A stretch of 64,000 nt of DNA, taken from contig OZ231126.1 in assembly GCA_965153355.1 (NCBI GenBank), positions 27,590,001 through 27,654,000 on the forward strand, read 5' to 3'. Source of the DNA: Flaccisagitta enflata. Lineage: Eukaryota. The notes beneath the pieces were generated by a model. It searched no databases. It saw only the letters and a program-made list of their open reading frames with translations, and was not told where the DNA came from. Made by a program: the position numbers and the translations under genes. Positions 24,859-37,395 of the stretch are shown here, piece after piece (position 1 is the stretch's first letter; the number at the start of each line of letters is the position of its first letter).

Positions 24859-24981
24859 GTCTTGATCGATTTTGGTCTGGCTGAATATTACCTTCCTGGC
24901 GCCCGTTATAATTGTGATGTGGCAACCAAGAATTACAAGGCTCCCGAGTTACTTCTGGGATATGGAAATTATGATTATTCG
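24859..24981 (+). CDS. CK2-alpha-like kinase, activation segment exon
   Basis: VLIDFGLAEYYLPGARYNCDVATKNYKAPELLLGYGNYDYS, compared with CK2 [31 protein letters not shown]; 123 nt, phase 0/0. Confidence 0.93.
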
Positions 24982-25092
24982 GTTTGACCTTGTTTCAAAA
25001 TAGTTCACTTCCTCGACAGCGGGAGGGAAATCCAGTTGTGCATAGTTCAGTATGTTAATGAAAACCTGGTAAATTTCCTTGATGTGCTTCAG

Positions 25093-25257
25093 GTTGATAT
25101 GTGGGGTGTGGGCTGTTTGCTTGTAAGGCAAGTATTCGGTTTCCAACCTTTCGCTGCCGATACGAAATTTCAAGTGGTAACTGCCATAGGGAACATATTG
25201 GGTCGAAGAGGGATGGACGAATATATCCGAAAATACGATTTCGACGTGCGCGAGGAG
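25093..25257 (+). CDS. CK2-alpha-like kinase, subdomain IX-X exon
   Basis: VDMWGVGCLLVRQVFGFQPF...ILGRRGMDEYIRKYDFDVREE; 165 nt, phase 0/0. Confidence 0.92.
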
Positions 25258-25461
25258 GTTTGCTCAATCAGTGCACGCGTTTTGACGGACATTTCACTGA
25301 ACTGACATGCATGCTTGGAGACGTTACATGTAAAGCTCAAGTGTGGGTGGTCATTGGTCAACATGTTTCTTGTGGGATGTCATGTGTCCTTTTTGGCTGT
25401 TGCCCTGTTTAGATTTTGCCGTCGGTGTTACTTCCAGTTGCCGCCGTTTTTCCGCCTTCAG

Positions 25462-25692
25462 GCAGTGGAGCCAATGGATCAGATCGAGCAAGAAATGACA
25501 ATTGGATGGTACAATTTTCTGCGACATGACGCGAGACCGAATGAGCGCAAAAGGGACTTGGATGATGCTATTGACTTGATTGACAATTTACTTGTCTATG
25601 ATCATATGAACAGACTGACGGCGCAAGAGGCGCTTAATCATCCATTTTTGAAGTTGGGCAGAACCAAGCGGCGTAAGCGCCATGAAACGTGA
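25462..25692 (+). CDS. CK2-alpha-like kinase, terminal exon
   Basis: ...AIDLIDNLLVYDHMNRLTAQEALNHPFLKLGRTKRRKRHET*, compared with CK2 [28 protein letters not shown]; cgccttcag acceptor. Confidence 0.92.
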   Translation, partial: AVEPMDQIEQEMTIGWYNFLRHDARPNERKRDLDDAIDLIDNLLVYDHMNRLTAQEALNHPFLKLGRTKRRKRHET

Positions 25693-26359
25693 GTGTATAA
25701 GAAATGGTCCGTTTGGCACATAGTTATCGGAAGGATGGAATCTCATCTCATGATTTTTACAGTGATTTGAAAGACGTGCGGACTAGCCCATTATCAATTT
25801 GCGAATGAATTCATTTTTGATGCATGTCAAATTTTTCAATACATCTCAGTATTTGTCCTTAGACTGTTACCTTGCTTTTATTCAGTTTAAACATACTTTT
25901 CCTTTGACCAAGATAGCATTCTTAAAAATTATCTATCTCTCAAATTGGAAGCCTTCTAGAATTCTTGTTTTAAAGACAATTCTGTAGTGATCAGGACCCT
26001 GTAAAACTGCACTGGCCACTTGAAGAACCTGTATACTGTAAACCGTACTCTTGTGCTGAAATATTAAAAAAAACCATCAGGACCTTAAAATCCCCAGTAG
26101 ATATATTTACATCCGGTATTAATCTCAAAAAACTGATGATGTCGTTTTATTTTATTTGATAGAGATAAAGAAATAGGTGGTTAAGTTTTTCATCAACGGG
26201 AATCCTTAAAGCAAACACAATAACTCCTCATTTGAGCTGTTTCTGTCAAAACTTTTCTTACTCAAGATTTGGTAGTGGGTCATGTCATAAATCAATTAAT
26301 ATCCAAAAAAAAATTGTATGTCAAAAAAAGAAAAGTAAAAGCCTTAGTTGTCACTAATT

Positions 26360-28714
26360 ATGGAGGGCGCAAAGAGAAAGGTCATTCTTCGGAAGAAGGA
26401 GCGGTCATCGATTCATCTTCGACAGCCTCGCTTTAAAACCGACGTAAACAAAACTATGAACGATTCACTTTCATCTCCCGCGTCTTCGTCGATATTAAAG
26501 CGTGACTCCACTTCCACTAACTCAACGCCGGATATCGGCATCGTAAAAGGAAAGTCTCCCGACAGGGTCGTCAAGGCCGTCCAGTTCGTGCTTCCGCCTC
26601 CGAGCACGGATGACGAGGATTACGACGACGACGACGACGAAGACTACGAAAACGACGATTTTTCTGGGGATTCTGAGAATATGGAGGATGGTCCCGGTGG
26701 TGAGAAGAAGGCGTGTGAAATCCAAAGTGGAAGTAGTGGGAAATCATTGACTGGTGTAGGGATTGACGCAATCATCGACCATGACCGTCCATCGACGGCT
26801 GACATGGAAGAACAAGTCGATAATCAAGTTGAATCTGTGGAAAAGGATCCCGTGGTACCGGAAATTATGGATGCGGCCAGTGACAGTGATGGCCACCAAG
26901 TTGGACTCGATGTAATCGGACAGACGGGGACGTCTTGCTCGGACGAGGGTGTTGATGGGTCCAGCCCGGAGGAAGGCGTCATTGACTTGGGACATGTAGA
27001 ATTCGAATTAAATGACGGTCCTTGCGGGGATGATGACGTTTCTGAGTCAACCAAGTCGAACCCTCTCAAGTCGAATACTACCGAGAGTTCCCACGACGAT
27101 GTGGAAGCGCTTGACAGTGTTTCCGTCTTTGTATTTCACAAAATTCCCGGCCAAGTTACCGACGGTGGAAATGCGGAATCTGAAATGAGCGTGAGTTCAC
27201 TCGGCAATGATGAACCGTTGAAAAAAGATTTTACACCTGACGCGCAAGGATGTGTCATGGAAAATGAACAGGTGAAAGTTGAGACAGAACAAAAAGAGGA
27301 CCACACGAGGGCGTCAGAGGTTGGCGATGGAGACATGAGTGAAGAGCGCGCGTTTGCGTTATTTGGGGTTCCGACCTCCGATGTACCTACTGCCCAAGTT
27401 GTGACCGCGAAGACGCAGAAAGACAGAATTCCTCTGGTAGAAAATCACTCCGAGGAGAGCGAAAAACCGAGAGATACCACGCCGTCGTCATTATCGTTGA
27501 AGGCGCGGCAATCTGAAGATTCACGTAAACAATCTGTCGTCGAATCAAACCCAGTCGAGGGTGTTAAGGGGATCGCGTCAAAATTCAATAACATCACTGA
27601 CAATAATAATAATAACAGCAATGACGAGGAGCCCATCCCTGAGACGAATTATTTGAAAAAAGTCCAAACAAAAATTGATCGAGAAATTGACTCCTTGAAT
27701 GGTTGTGATGAAGTTTTTGATGAGGGCGATGATGAAAAATTGAAATCCTCGACTTTATCTACAATCGACCCACGAAGGGATTGCGGAGAGACTGGACGGA
27801 ATATACCAAAAAATTCCTCGACTGACTCCCAATTGGAAATTCCTCCTTCGACGAAACTTCAACCGTCGCCTCAACCACCGTCGACGACCATCTCTTGGGC
27901 TGAGAGGGTGAAATCCACGCGTCCCAGGAGCGTTATTTCCTCCAACTCGGCTACCCCCAAAAATACCCTCCCCCCTTTCTCACCCGACTCTTCGTCCTTT
28001 CACTCATCGGGGTCATCTTTGAGTAGAAGATTTTCGAGCCGCACCCTTCAAAGAATGCTCTCTTCTTCCTCCTCTCATCTTGAGAGTAATGACATCAAGA
28101 ATTCGTCTTCGTCCATGCACGTTCACAACCTCATCACGCTTCCTCGCGATTTTCGGTTAAGCGACAGTATGGATGGTTCTTTGGAGGAAGATTTAAAATG
28201 GCTGCAGGGTCACGATAACAACGAAAATAATCGAAATAGTAAGAACTCTTCTCTTCTCGATAGTTTCGACAAAAGTGCGCCGGGAGGAACTGGCAACGTC
28301 ACCCCGAAAGATCGCCCGCGCGGAATTTTTACCACGATGTCGTCTTCTTCGCGAGACGCGATCAGAATGACGAGCGTAAAGACCATGACGTTGCCTAGCA
28401 GACACGAACGCACCACGTCCAATTCTAGCTTCGCCAATGAAAGCAACGACGCGAATGATAAACCTAGTAAAGCCGGATCGAGTTCGCCCCCGTCTTTGGC
28501 GACCACCGAAAATACAATCAAATCCAACGCCGCGAATTATACCTCTAACGTTGCCAAAGCAGTCAATGTCACGCCCGTGGAAGTAAAAAAATCATCGACC
28601 ACTTTGAAATCTGATCCCGAAAAAATTAGCGAGTCTCCCCGCGCGGAATTTCTCGCATTACGGGGATCGAAGATGGAGCTTAGTGGAGCTCGTCCTGCTA
28701 GTCGTTCAGCTACC
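26360..28714 (+). CDS. Large exon encoding a ~785-aa acidic then Ser/Thr-rich, probably disordered region of unknown function
   Basis: 2.4-kb non-repetitive ORF. Start could be ATG 26360, ATG 26456 or the acceptor ending at 26425. Phase-0 donor ACC|GTAAGT at 28715; the ORF's nominal stop lies inside a repeat. Confidence 0.8.
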
Positions 28715-28744
28715 GTAAGTCATCGCCTGCGATCTTTAAACAGA

Positions 28745-29050
28745 AAAACAAGGCCAAGTGAAGGCCAATAAGTGCGCCTCGCTTGATTAAGAATTTGTGA
28801 ACGAACGTTTTTGATGAATGAATGAATGAATGAATGAATGAATGAATGAATGAATGAATGAATGAATGAATGAATGAATGAATGAATGAAAATGTGGTGA
28901 GACATAAAAGGTGACAGGAACGAAGAACTACGAAGAATCAGCCGTTTTTCGCATTTCAAACGTTTGCGTGACTGACCGACCGACCAACTTACCGACCAAC
29001 CGACCAACGGACATGACCTCTTATAGAAGTGCGAGGACGCACTTAAAAAG
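28745..29050 (-). mobile_element. Family I-like element variant carrying (GAAT)n
   Basis: aacaaggcc...ggcc hairpin; subterminal IR taagtgcg...cgcactta; accg microsatellite; A-run end. Confidence 0.6.
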
Positions 29051-29988
29051 CAGCAAAAAAAAAAAAAAAAAAAAAAACTCAGCATTAACTGTGTAACGAA
29101 ATGTAATGCAGAGAGTGAGTGACAAATATGCCGGTGATCCAATCTAGCTGCCAGTACAGATAGCTGCCATTATATTTTGGGATAGATACATATCTGATTG
29201 TATTTTACTATACATATCTGAATGTATTTTACTATAATACGGTGTTTCCGTCAGAAGGTCCATAATGCGAGATATTGGATTGGATGAGCAATCGGCCGAA
29301 ACAGCATTTCAGCCCCTGCCAGCGCACGCTACAGCGTTTGCCTTCCCGCATTATTGCCCCTACATCCAGAAGGATCACAACTGCAAGGAATGGAGGAACA
29401 AGCGGCTCGCGATAGTGGCAATTTGTATTCGTTGCTTGTCAGTACAGTTGAATCCCGCTCTAACGGATATTAAGGGACTAATAAATTCGTAGGAAAAATT
29501 TTGTTAGTAAATATATAGAAAAATAACTAGTGAGTAAGGGTATCTAACCCCTATCTATACTCCGCAACTCTCATTCCATACTTAAACATACGCAATATGT
29601 AATTGAAACATCATTGACTAAAAGACCGACAGACAAACTGACAGTCTCTTATAAAGTTGCCTATCTGTAACTTAAAAAAAGCAAGTTTAAGTGATTTTAA
29701 ATTCTATTATAGGCGGCATTCTATCAGTGGCGTGTTCGTTAGAGCAGAGTTCAAGTGTGTTAGTAAAACCTGTTTATCCTAAATGGGAGGGGTCTTTTGT
29801 GACTCAAAATTTACGAATTCTATTTATGTCGTCGAAACACGGATGGACATGATCGGACTTAGAGGATCGCTAGACTAACTTAACCTGATTGAATTCACCT
29901 AATCATTGACTGAATTCACCAAGATGAAGCACATGTGCGTCATCAAAATTAATTTCATTTTCCTTTGTTTTTCTGCCCTTCCCCTCCC

Positions 29989-30044
29989 ATGAAACTGTTT
30001 TCTTCCCTACGCGCCCGCTTATTGCGTTCTGCTTCTCGATACAG
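29989..30044 (+). other. Candidate short alternative first exon (MKLFSSLRARLLRSASRY+AG) or AG|GT recursive splice site
   Basis: Consensus CAG|GTAAGT at 30042-30050, preceded both by pyrimidine-rich sequence and by an open ATG frame (phase 2). Confidence 0.4.
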
Positions 30045-30242
30045 GTAAGTGTTCATTTTTTTGTGAATTTTTATATTGGAGTAGTATCTACTAAAAATCA
30101 TACTATCACTAATCCGCCAGTAGCTATCTGTTGGGATTTAGGAATGTCTATCTCTTTTTAAGGACTAGCGTATTAACTTATATGGGGTCTTTTACAATGG
30201 TAATGTGGAGGATATTTTGTCATGTTGGAACATAGCATGTCA

Positions 30243-30276
<34 letters not shown>

Positions 30277-31009
30277 GGAGTCATAAATGATAAGTTTAAG
30301 TATATAGTAAGAATAACCAACCTGATGTCGCGGTCAAGTGATTCTTGGAATGAACTTGATAATAGGGTCGACCTCTTGAAATAAGAGCCCGAGTTATCCG
30401 AAGTATAATCGGTCAGTTGGTTTGATGCATAGTTTGTTCGCTCGGTTGGTAGGTTGGGTATATGATCATTTAGTTGATGAGTTGGTCGGTTTCGTGGTTA
30501 GTTGGTCGGTCATTAGTCTGATGGATCTTTTGGTTGATGGGTAGGTTGAATTCTTAGTAGTCGGTCAAATGATCATACAAAGAGGTGATACTTACCGGAA
30601 TGTCTCAATGTAACTGAACGGGCATGTCGGTCGGTCGGTCGGTCGGTCGGTCGGTCGGTCGGTCGATCGATCGATCGATTGGTCGGTTGGACGGTCGATC
30701 GATCGATCGATCGGTTGGTTGGTTTTTCTATCGCTTAGATACCTTTTCTCCGCTCAAACCGTGCGGCACATGCCCCCTAGGGGCCCTTTTAATTTCTTCA
30801 ATTTGGGATTTCGTTGGTTTTGAACTTTTGAGGCGTGGTCGACTGGCGCGTATTATGTACTCAGTCTAACCCCTTTCACGAAAAACGGGATTTATTTCAC
30901 GCTTCGAATCCTTTTACTTTTACGCGTCGATGAACCACAGAGTCACCTGCATAGTGTCATTTTTAAATCTTTCGACGACGATGTATCCTCCCCAAACACG
31001 AAAATTCTT

Positions 31010-31440
31010 AATTCTTTTTTCTCTCTTTCTCTTTTTCTCTTTTCTCTTTTTCTCCTTTTCTCTTTTTCTCTTTTTCTCTTTTTCTCTTTTTCTCTTTTTC
31101 TCTTTTTCTCTTTTTCTCTCTTTCTCTCTTTCTCTATTTCTCTCTTTCTCTCATATACTTTCGCTGTCTTTCTGTCTCATATACGTCCCTGTCTCATTCA
31201 TTTTGCATTTTGTCTTTTTGTTTGCGGGTCTCTCTCTCTCTCTCCTTTGTCAGGATGTCTCTTAGTCTGTCTCTCTCTGTCTCTCTCTCGGTCTTTCTAT
31301 CAGTCTTTCCTCAGTCAGCCTGTCCTGTAGTCTCTCCTGCATCCTGGCATGTCACCCCCTCCTAATTTGCCTATCTCTTCCTGCTCAAAACTGTCGGTCT
31401 TTCTCTGTCATACACTTTTTCTGTTTGCTAGTCTGTCTCA

Positions 31441-31521
<81 letters not shown>

Positions 31522-31753
31522 TTTCTGTCTCCTGTCTCTCTCCTTCTGTCTCTCTCCTTCTGTCTCTCTCCTTCTGTCTCTCTCCTTCTCTCTTTCTTCT
31601 CTCTTTCTTTTCTCTCTTTCTCTCTGTGACTTCAATTTTTTTTCTCTTATCGCATTGATTACTTTTACAGCTTTCACCTTCTCTGGCGTTCAAAGCCCTC
31701 CACCTTGTGTCGTATCAAAAAAAAAAGTTTTTTTAGAATCTTATTTGATTACT

Positions 31754-31807
<54 letters not shown>

Positions 31808-31810
31808 TCT
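31010..31810. repeat. CT-rich microsatellite cluster
   Basis: (CT)n and (ttttctc)n runs. Confidence 0.9.
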
Positions 31811-32559
31811 TGGAATTTGAAACTTGAATTACTTTCGCCTAAACTTTTTTTTGTGTTTCTCCCCAAAGTGTCATTGAGAAAGAAACGGTCAACTTTTTTC
31901 CAGATCTAGATTGTTTAAAATGAAAAGAATTTTGTCGACGTCTTTGCACATTGAAAAGAACGGAAAGGATTTTTTTTCTTCAAATCTCCAAGTTTTCGCA
32001 CTTACCGACTTTGATTTCTGAACTTTCCCCATCTTTGTCACGCTTACCGTTTTTCTGCTCATCTTTTTGCGCCTCTAGGAAAAGTTTTTTTCTTCTTCCC
32101 TTTCATTCTCGAAATTCCAAAAAATTTTTTTTAGGTCTTACCCTTGCTTTTGCGTTCCTTTTCACTTCATCTGACTCTCCCTTTTGTCAGTCTGCATATC
32201 ATCCGTCGTTTGTACATCTGTTTGTATTTCTATGGCCAATTATGGTATTGAAGTGGCTTACTTTGATATGCAGTCTGTTTTCTCATTTTACCTCGGCACG
32301 CTTTTGTGTCAATATTGTGAGGTGGATTTTTAGTCATGATCCTCTAATAAGGTCTTCGGGGCACGAACGTCCAGAAGGAACTCTTGTTTGTATTCATTTT
32401 ATTGCTCTTTTGTGAAACACGGATTAGTTTCATTTTTAGTGCGCAAGTGAGACATAAAACAAGTCATGAATATCAGTTTCTACCGCCGCGGTGGAATGAA
32501 GGCGCGGTGAAATTGCTAGTTTGGCTCTACATCCGAACCCCGCTCTAACGGATCCGCAG

Positions 32560-35358
32560 TAGGACAGGGGTTCTGACACAGGTTTTGGCAGATCCTTCTT
32601 GTTAACGGCACTTTGGCTCAAAATCAATGCAGTATTAATGTTCTGCCTTCAAAAGTTGCATTGGGTATCAGGAAATTGTGACCGCCACCCCCCCAGAAGG
32701 TGGTGATCTCTAAAGATTAAGCAATTTGCCTTCTTTTGCTAATAAGTTCCAAATGGATCATTCAAAAAGCCTGGTGATAGTCTCATTTGAAAGGTATTTA
32801 CGCAGAGAACATGAAAGATTACTGATATGAAAGAGGGGTCCCAAGGGTAGCCCTTAAGGGGCCCCTAAAGTGATTGAAGGGGCCCCCAAAGCATCCAATA
32901 CATGAAAATGTGCAATGATTTGTTAAAAAAACTAGGTGATGGTGTTATTTAAGACGTTTCTACACATAGAATATGAAAAATTACTGATATGGAAAAGGGG
33001 GCTCCAAAGGGGCCCCTAAAGAACCCCAAACAGGTTGAAGGGGCCCTTGAAGGATCTATAACCATGAAAATGTAGATTGGACTCTTTGATAAATCTGATT
33101 GTGGTGTTTTTGGAAGGTATCTACGTGGAGAACATGAAATATTATTGACATGGATGATGGGGTCCCTGGGTGGCCGCTTAGGGCCCCCAAAGGGATTGAA
33201 AATTTAAAATGAATTGTTCAAAAAATCTGGAAGTGGTCTCATTTAGAAGGTATTTACATAAAAACCTAAAATGTTACTGATATGGAAAATGTGGTTTCCA
33301 GGTGGCCCCTAAGGAGCCGCTAAGGAGTAAAAGAGGGCCCTAATGAATCCAAAATCATGAAAATCTTGAATTGTTAGTTTTCTTTAAAAGACAGACCAAA
33401 ATAAACAAACAGATAGGTATACAGACAGACAGACACACAAAAAGACAGACACACAAAAAGACAGACAGACAAATGTGTCAAGATTTTCCCTTAATCTTGA
33501 CACATAGAAGTTGACATCCATAACTGATTGCCCAGCTAAACTCAACTGAACTCCACACTCTCATGGGTGACTTGTAATGCCGTTTCAGCCAGCCGTTGCT
33601 ATGGCCAATGAAAAAATAGAATTAATTCGCTAACTTGCAATTTTGCACTTACTGTCTTCCGATCAATTGAGAAAAGCAGAAATTGTTGTGCCTTTTTTTA
33701 CCCAAACTTTGAAGTTTCATATCTCTTGAACGGATTGACGGATTGATTTGATTTTTTGCATGGTACCATCATATGACCTTGTCTACTGATGAATGAATTT
33801 TCAAGAAATTTCAGACAGTACAACCACCTGAACCAGCCTACCCACCTAAAAATTTCAAATCAGCGTAGCCAAAAAAATATTCCATGAAATTTTCTGAAAT
33901 TTTGCATAAACAACCATCCATCCCTTGGACAAATCGGGGGGAAGTTGTACGGCGATCACGTAATTACTTTGACTGTGATTGCAAAAAGCATTTTTTTCAC
34001 GCTATCAAAAACATGAAATTCATGTTAGTTTTTTTAGATGTTTATGCATTAGCACATATTGACACGGGAAGTATCCTCGGTTGATATGCCAAGTCATAAC
34101 ATGTCTTTGCTAGTCATGGTAGCTACGTTTATGCGAGTTTTCTACAACCAATATCATTTCTGTCATTTGCCATGGGCTATTGCTGGCAGGGACCTCCTTT
34201 AAACACAGTAAAATGATAACGAGAATGTCCATCATAATCATCTTAAATGACACCAAGGCTCCAAAATTGCATGGCCGCGCTTTCTGCTATCAATACATTC
34301 ACTTTTTTAAAAAAATTAAGAAAAAAAATCATTTCCTGTTGGAATCAGTTCACTGGTAAAGCGATAAATTCGGTTAAACCTCTGATTAAGAAGAATACTA
34401 AAATGTTTCCCAAAATGTGGGATGGCACTCTCACCCTCTTGGTTTATCCGCCTATTTGTCTGTCTGTCTTTTTGTCGGTCTCTCTGTCTGTACACGTATC
34501 TGTTTGTTTAATTTGGTCTAACATTTAGAGAAAACTATGATAATTCAAGATTTTTATGATTTTGGATTCATTGGGGCCCTCTTTTACTCCTTAGCAGCTC
34601 CTTAGGGGCCCCCGGGGAACCAAATTTTCCATATCAGTAACGTTTTATGTTTTTTATGTAAATACCTTCCAAATGAGACCACTACCAGATTTTTTGAACA
34701 ATTCATTTTAAATTTTCAAGACTCTAGATCCGTTGGGGTCCTCTTCAATCCGTTTGGGGGCCCTAAGCGGCCACCTAGGGACCCCATCATCCATTTCATG
34801 TACTCCACGTAGATACCTTCCCAAAAACACCACAATCAGATTTATCAAAGAGTCCAATCTAAATTTTCATGGTTATAGATCTTTCAAGGGCCTCTTTAAC
34901 CTCTTTGGAGCCCCTCTTCCATATCAGTAATTTTTCATATTCTATGGGTAGAAACGTTTTAAATGACACCATTACCTAGTTTTTTAAACAAATCATTGCA
35001 CATTTTCATGTATTGGATGCTTTGGGGGCTCCTTCAATCACTTAAGGGGCCCCTTAAGGGCCCCCCTTGGGACCCCTCTTTCATATCAGTAATCTTTCAT
35101 GTTCTCCACGTAAATACCTTTCAAATGAGACCATCACCAGGCTTTTTGAATGATCCATTTAGAATTTATTAGCAAAAGAAGGCGAATTGCTTAATCTTTA
35201 GAGATCACCACCTTCTGAGGGGTGGGGGGGTGGCGGTCACAATTTCCTGATACCCAATGCGACTTTTGAAGGCAGAACATTGTTACTGCATTGATTTTGA
35301 GCCAAAGTGCCATTAACAAGAAGGATCTGCCAAAATTTGTGTCAGAACCCCTGTCCTA
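32560..35358. mobile_element. hAT-like non-autonomous element with ~900-bp inverted arms
   Basis: TIRs taggacaggggttctgacaca...tgtgtcagaacccctgtccta; 8-bp TSD atccgcag at 32552-32559 and 35359-35366; arms ~32560-33470 and ~34450-35358. Confidence 0.85.
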
Positions 35359-37314
35359 ATCCGCAGGCAACGGAATTCCGCTTACTACAAAAAGAAATGT
35401 GTATAGTAAATGTAAATTTAAATAAATGTCCCATTATTTCCTATATAAGCAATAATAGAACCTCAAGCATCTTGGAATGGTCCTGCAAAAATATATCTTT
35501 TTTGTTATCGAAGGAAAATCGATTTCATTTTGAAGAGGGCGATTTTTTTTTGACGTACCTTAGTAATAGGCTAATAGCGATCCATGACTTCACTTTCAAC
35601 TAATTGGTTTCAAGTTGAAAGAGATAAAGGTTGTTGTCTTTTTTCGTCGCAGAATGTGGAAGTGGTGAGGCATGGATACTCAAAGAAAAAAGATCTTGAC
35701 AAAGGCAGACAAAAAGAAAGGGCGGGAGTGGGAGGAAGTGAAGTCTTAAGTAAGAGATAAGAACCTCGCTTGATAGGTTAATCAAATACGCACAGAAATT
35801 CGTTGGCCCGCTGAAACCTAGTCTTAAGCCAAAACCCAAGTTTGTCTTACACCCACTTGCGATCCCATCGGCTTATCTACGATCAATGTCGGGGTTAGGA
35901 ATTTGCTTTTTTTCGGGATTCTTATGTATATTTGTATCCAAAGCACAAGTGATGGCGATATGAATATTTTAAGCGATGTGCGATCATTCACGAATTGGTT
36001 TAATCATGTAGAGCTGTAAATATTCGGTTTGCTGAATTGAATTGCAGTCAGTGCAGTTTTTCGATGCGATGAGTGTTGTTCAACAAGTATCTCGGGTTTG
36101 TAAATCTACATGTTGCGAGGGGGGGGAGGAACGGGAAGCTTGCCTCCACACATTGTCTCGAACAAAACGGACCAACGGACTGAATTACGACCTGACAAAA
36201 ACGTTTACAGCTGCGTATATGCGCATTCAAAAAGAGAATTTCAATTAGAAATTCCTTCAAATTTCGTGACTCGAGAGGTGATAGAGCTATAGAGTGAAAC
36301 AAGTGATTCAATGACTGCTTGACTGGGATCGTCGGGTTCTCTGCAGGGGGAAGCGAAACTTTTCCGCGTCGAGGATTGTTTTTGCCCTTTCTCCTGATAC
36401 TTATCGCGGTACGGTACGGCAGGCCGCACATCAACTCTTCGAGATACTTTTCTCCGCCGCCTTCCCACGGAGGAAAAAAAAAGTTTGAAAAAAATTCCAC
36501 CTTTTAGCCTAAAAGAAATAGTAGTTAATCTTCGGAAATATCACCGACTCTCTGCGTGACTTAATTATAATATATTCCCTTCGCTTTTTCCTGCCTTCCG
36601 GTATACATCGCCGCATCGACTTTCCATTTTGATGTTTATTTTACAAAAACACAGGAAATTCCCTTCTCGTTCTCTCACGATTTCTTTTTTCTCTCTCCCT
36701 GAATATTTGAGATCTCGATCTAACCAAAACAAAACCAAAATTTCACCCTCTTACCCTCGTTTACATCTCCAGCTACCGTTGAGGCCCTGAATCTGGGATT
36801 TTGTATCTTGCGCGCATCACTGGCGCCTTGGGGAAAGATAATCGATCGTGATGTAACCCTAACGCGCTATGTGGTGTCCCGTTACGCGCCGATGGGCACG
36901 TTTAACTTGTATGTGTATGGCGTTATTTTCAATTTGCTGGCGCCAAGAAGGCCTCTCCTTGAGTTATATGAGGCATGATAGATCAACTTATGGTAGTATC
37001 AAGGAGGTTATGTTGTTCAAACTCAAAGCAAAACGAAAAATTCGAAAATCAAAACAAAATCAAAAGTGAGAAAAAAAGAAAAAAAAAAAACAAAGCATAC
37101 TGGCTAAAAAGAGTTGGACAAAGATCTCAATATGGTACAGACTTCACGAATAATGCGTGTATGCGTCACGGACTGACGGACGGACACGCTTTGGTTCACA
37201 TAAAAAAAGAGAATTGCTTACGATCACATACGATCACGTGTGCTCATAATTAAACACTCTCATTCTCAACTCTTTTAATTCGAGAAACTGTTGCGTCCTC
37301 AATTCGTCGTTCAT

Positions 37315-37395
<81 letters not shown>

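Noticed and set aside
28715-28771. ORF end as the true C-terminus of a single-exon 807-aa gene
   Set aside because: A consensus GTAAGT donor precedes it and the stop falls within a repeat, so splicing at 28714 is more likely.
30930-31909. Leu/Ser/Phe-rich and ERERER ORFs
   Set aside because: Translations of CT microsatellites.
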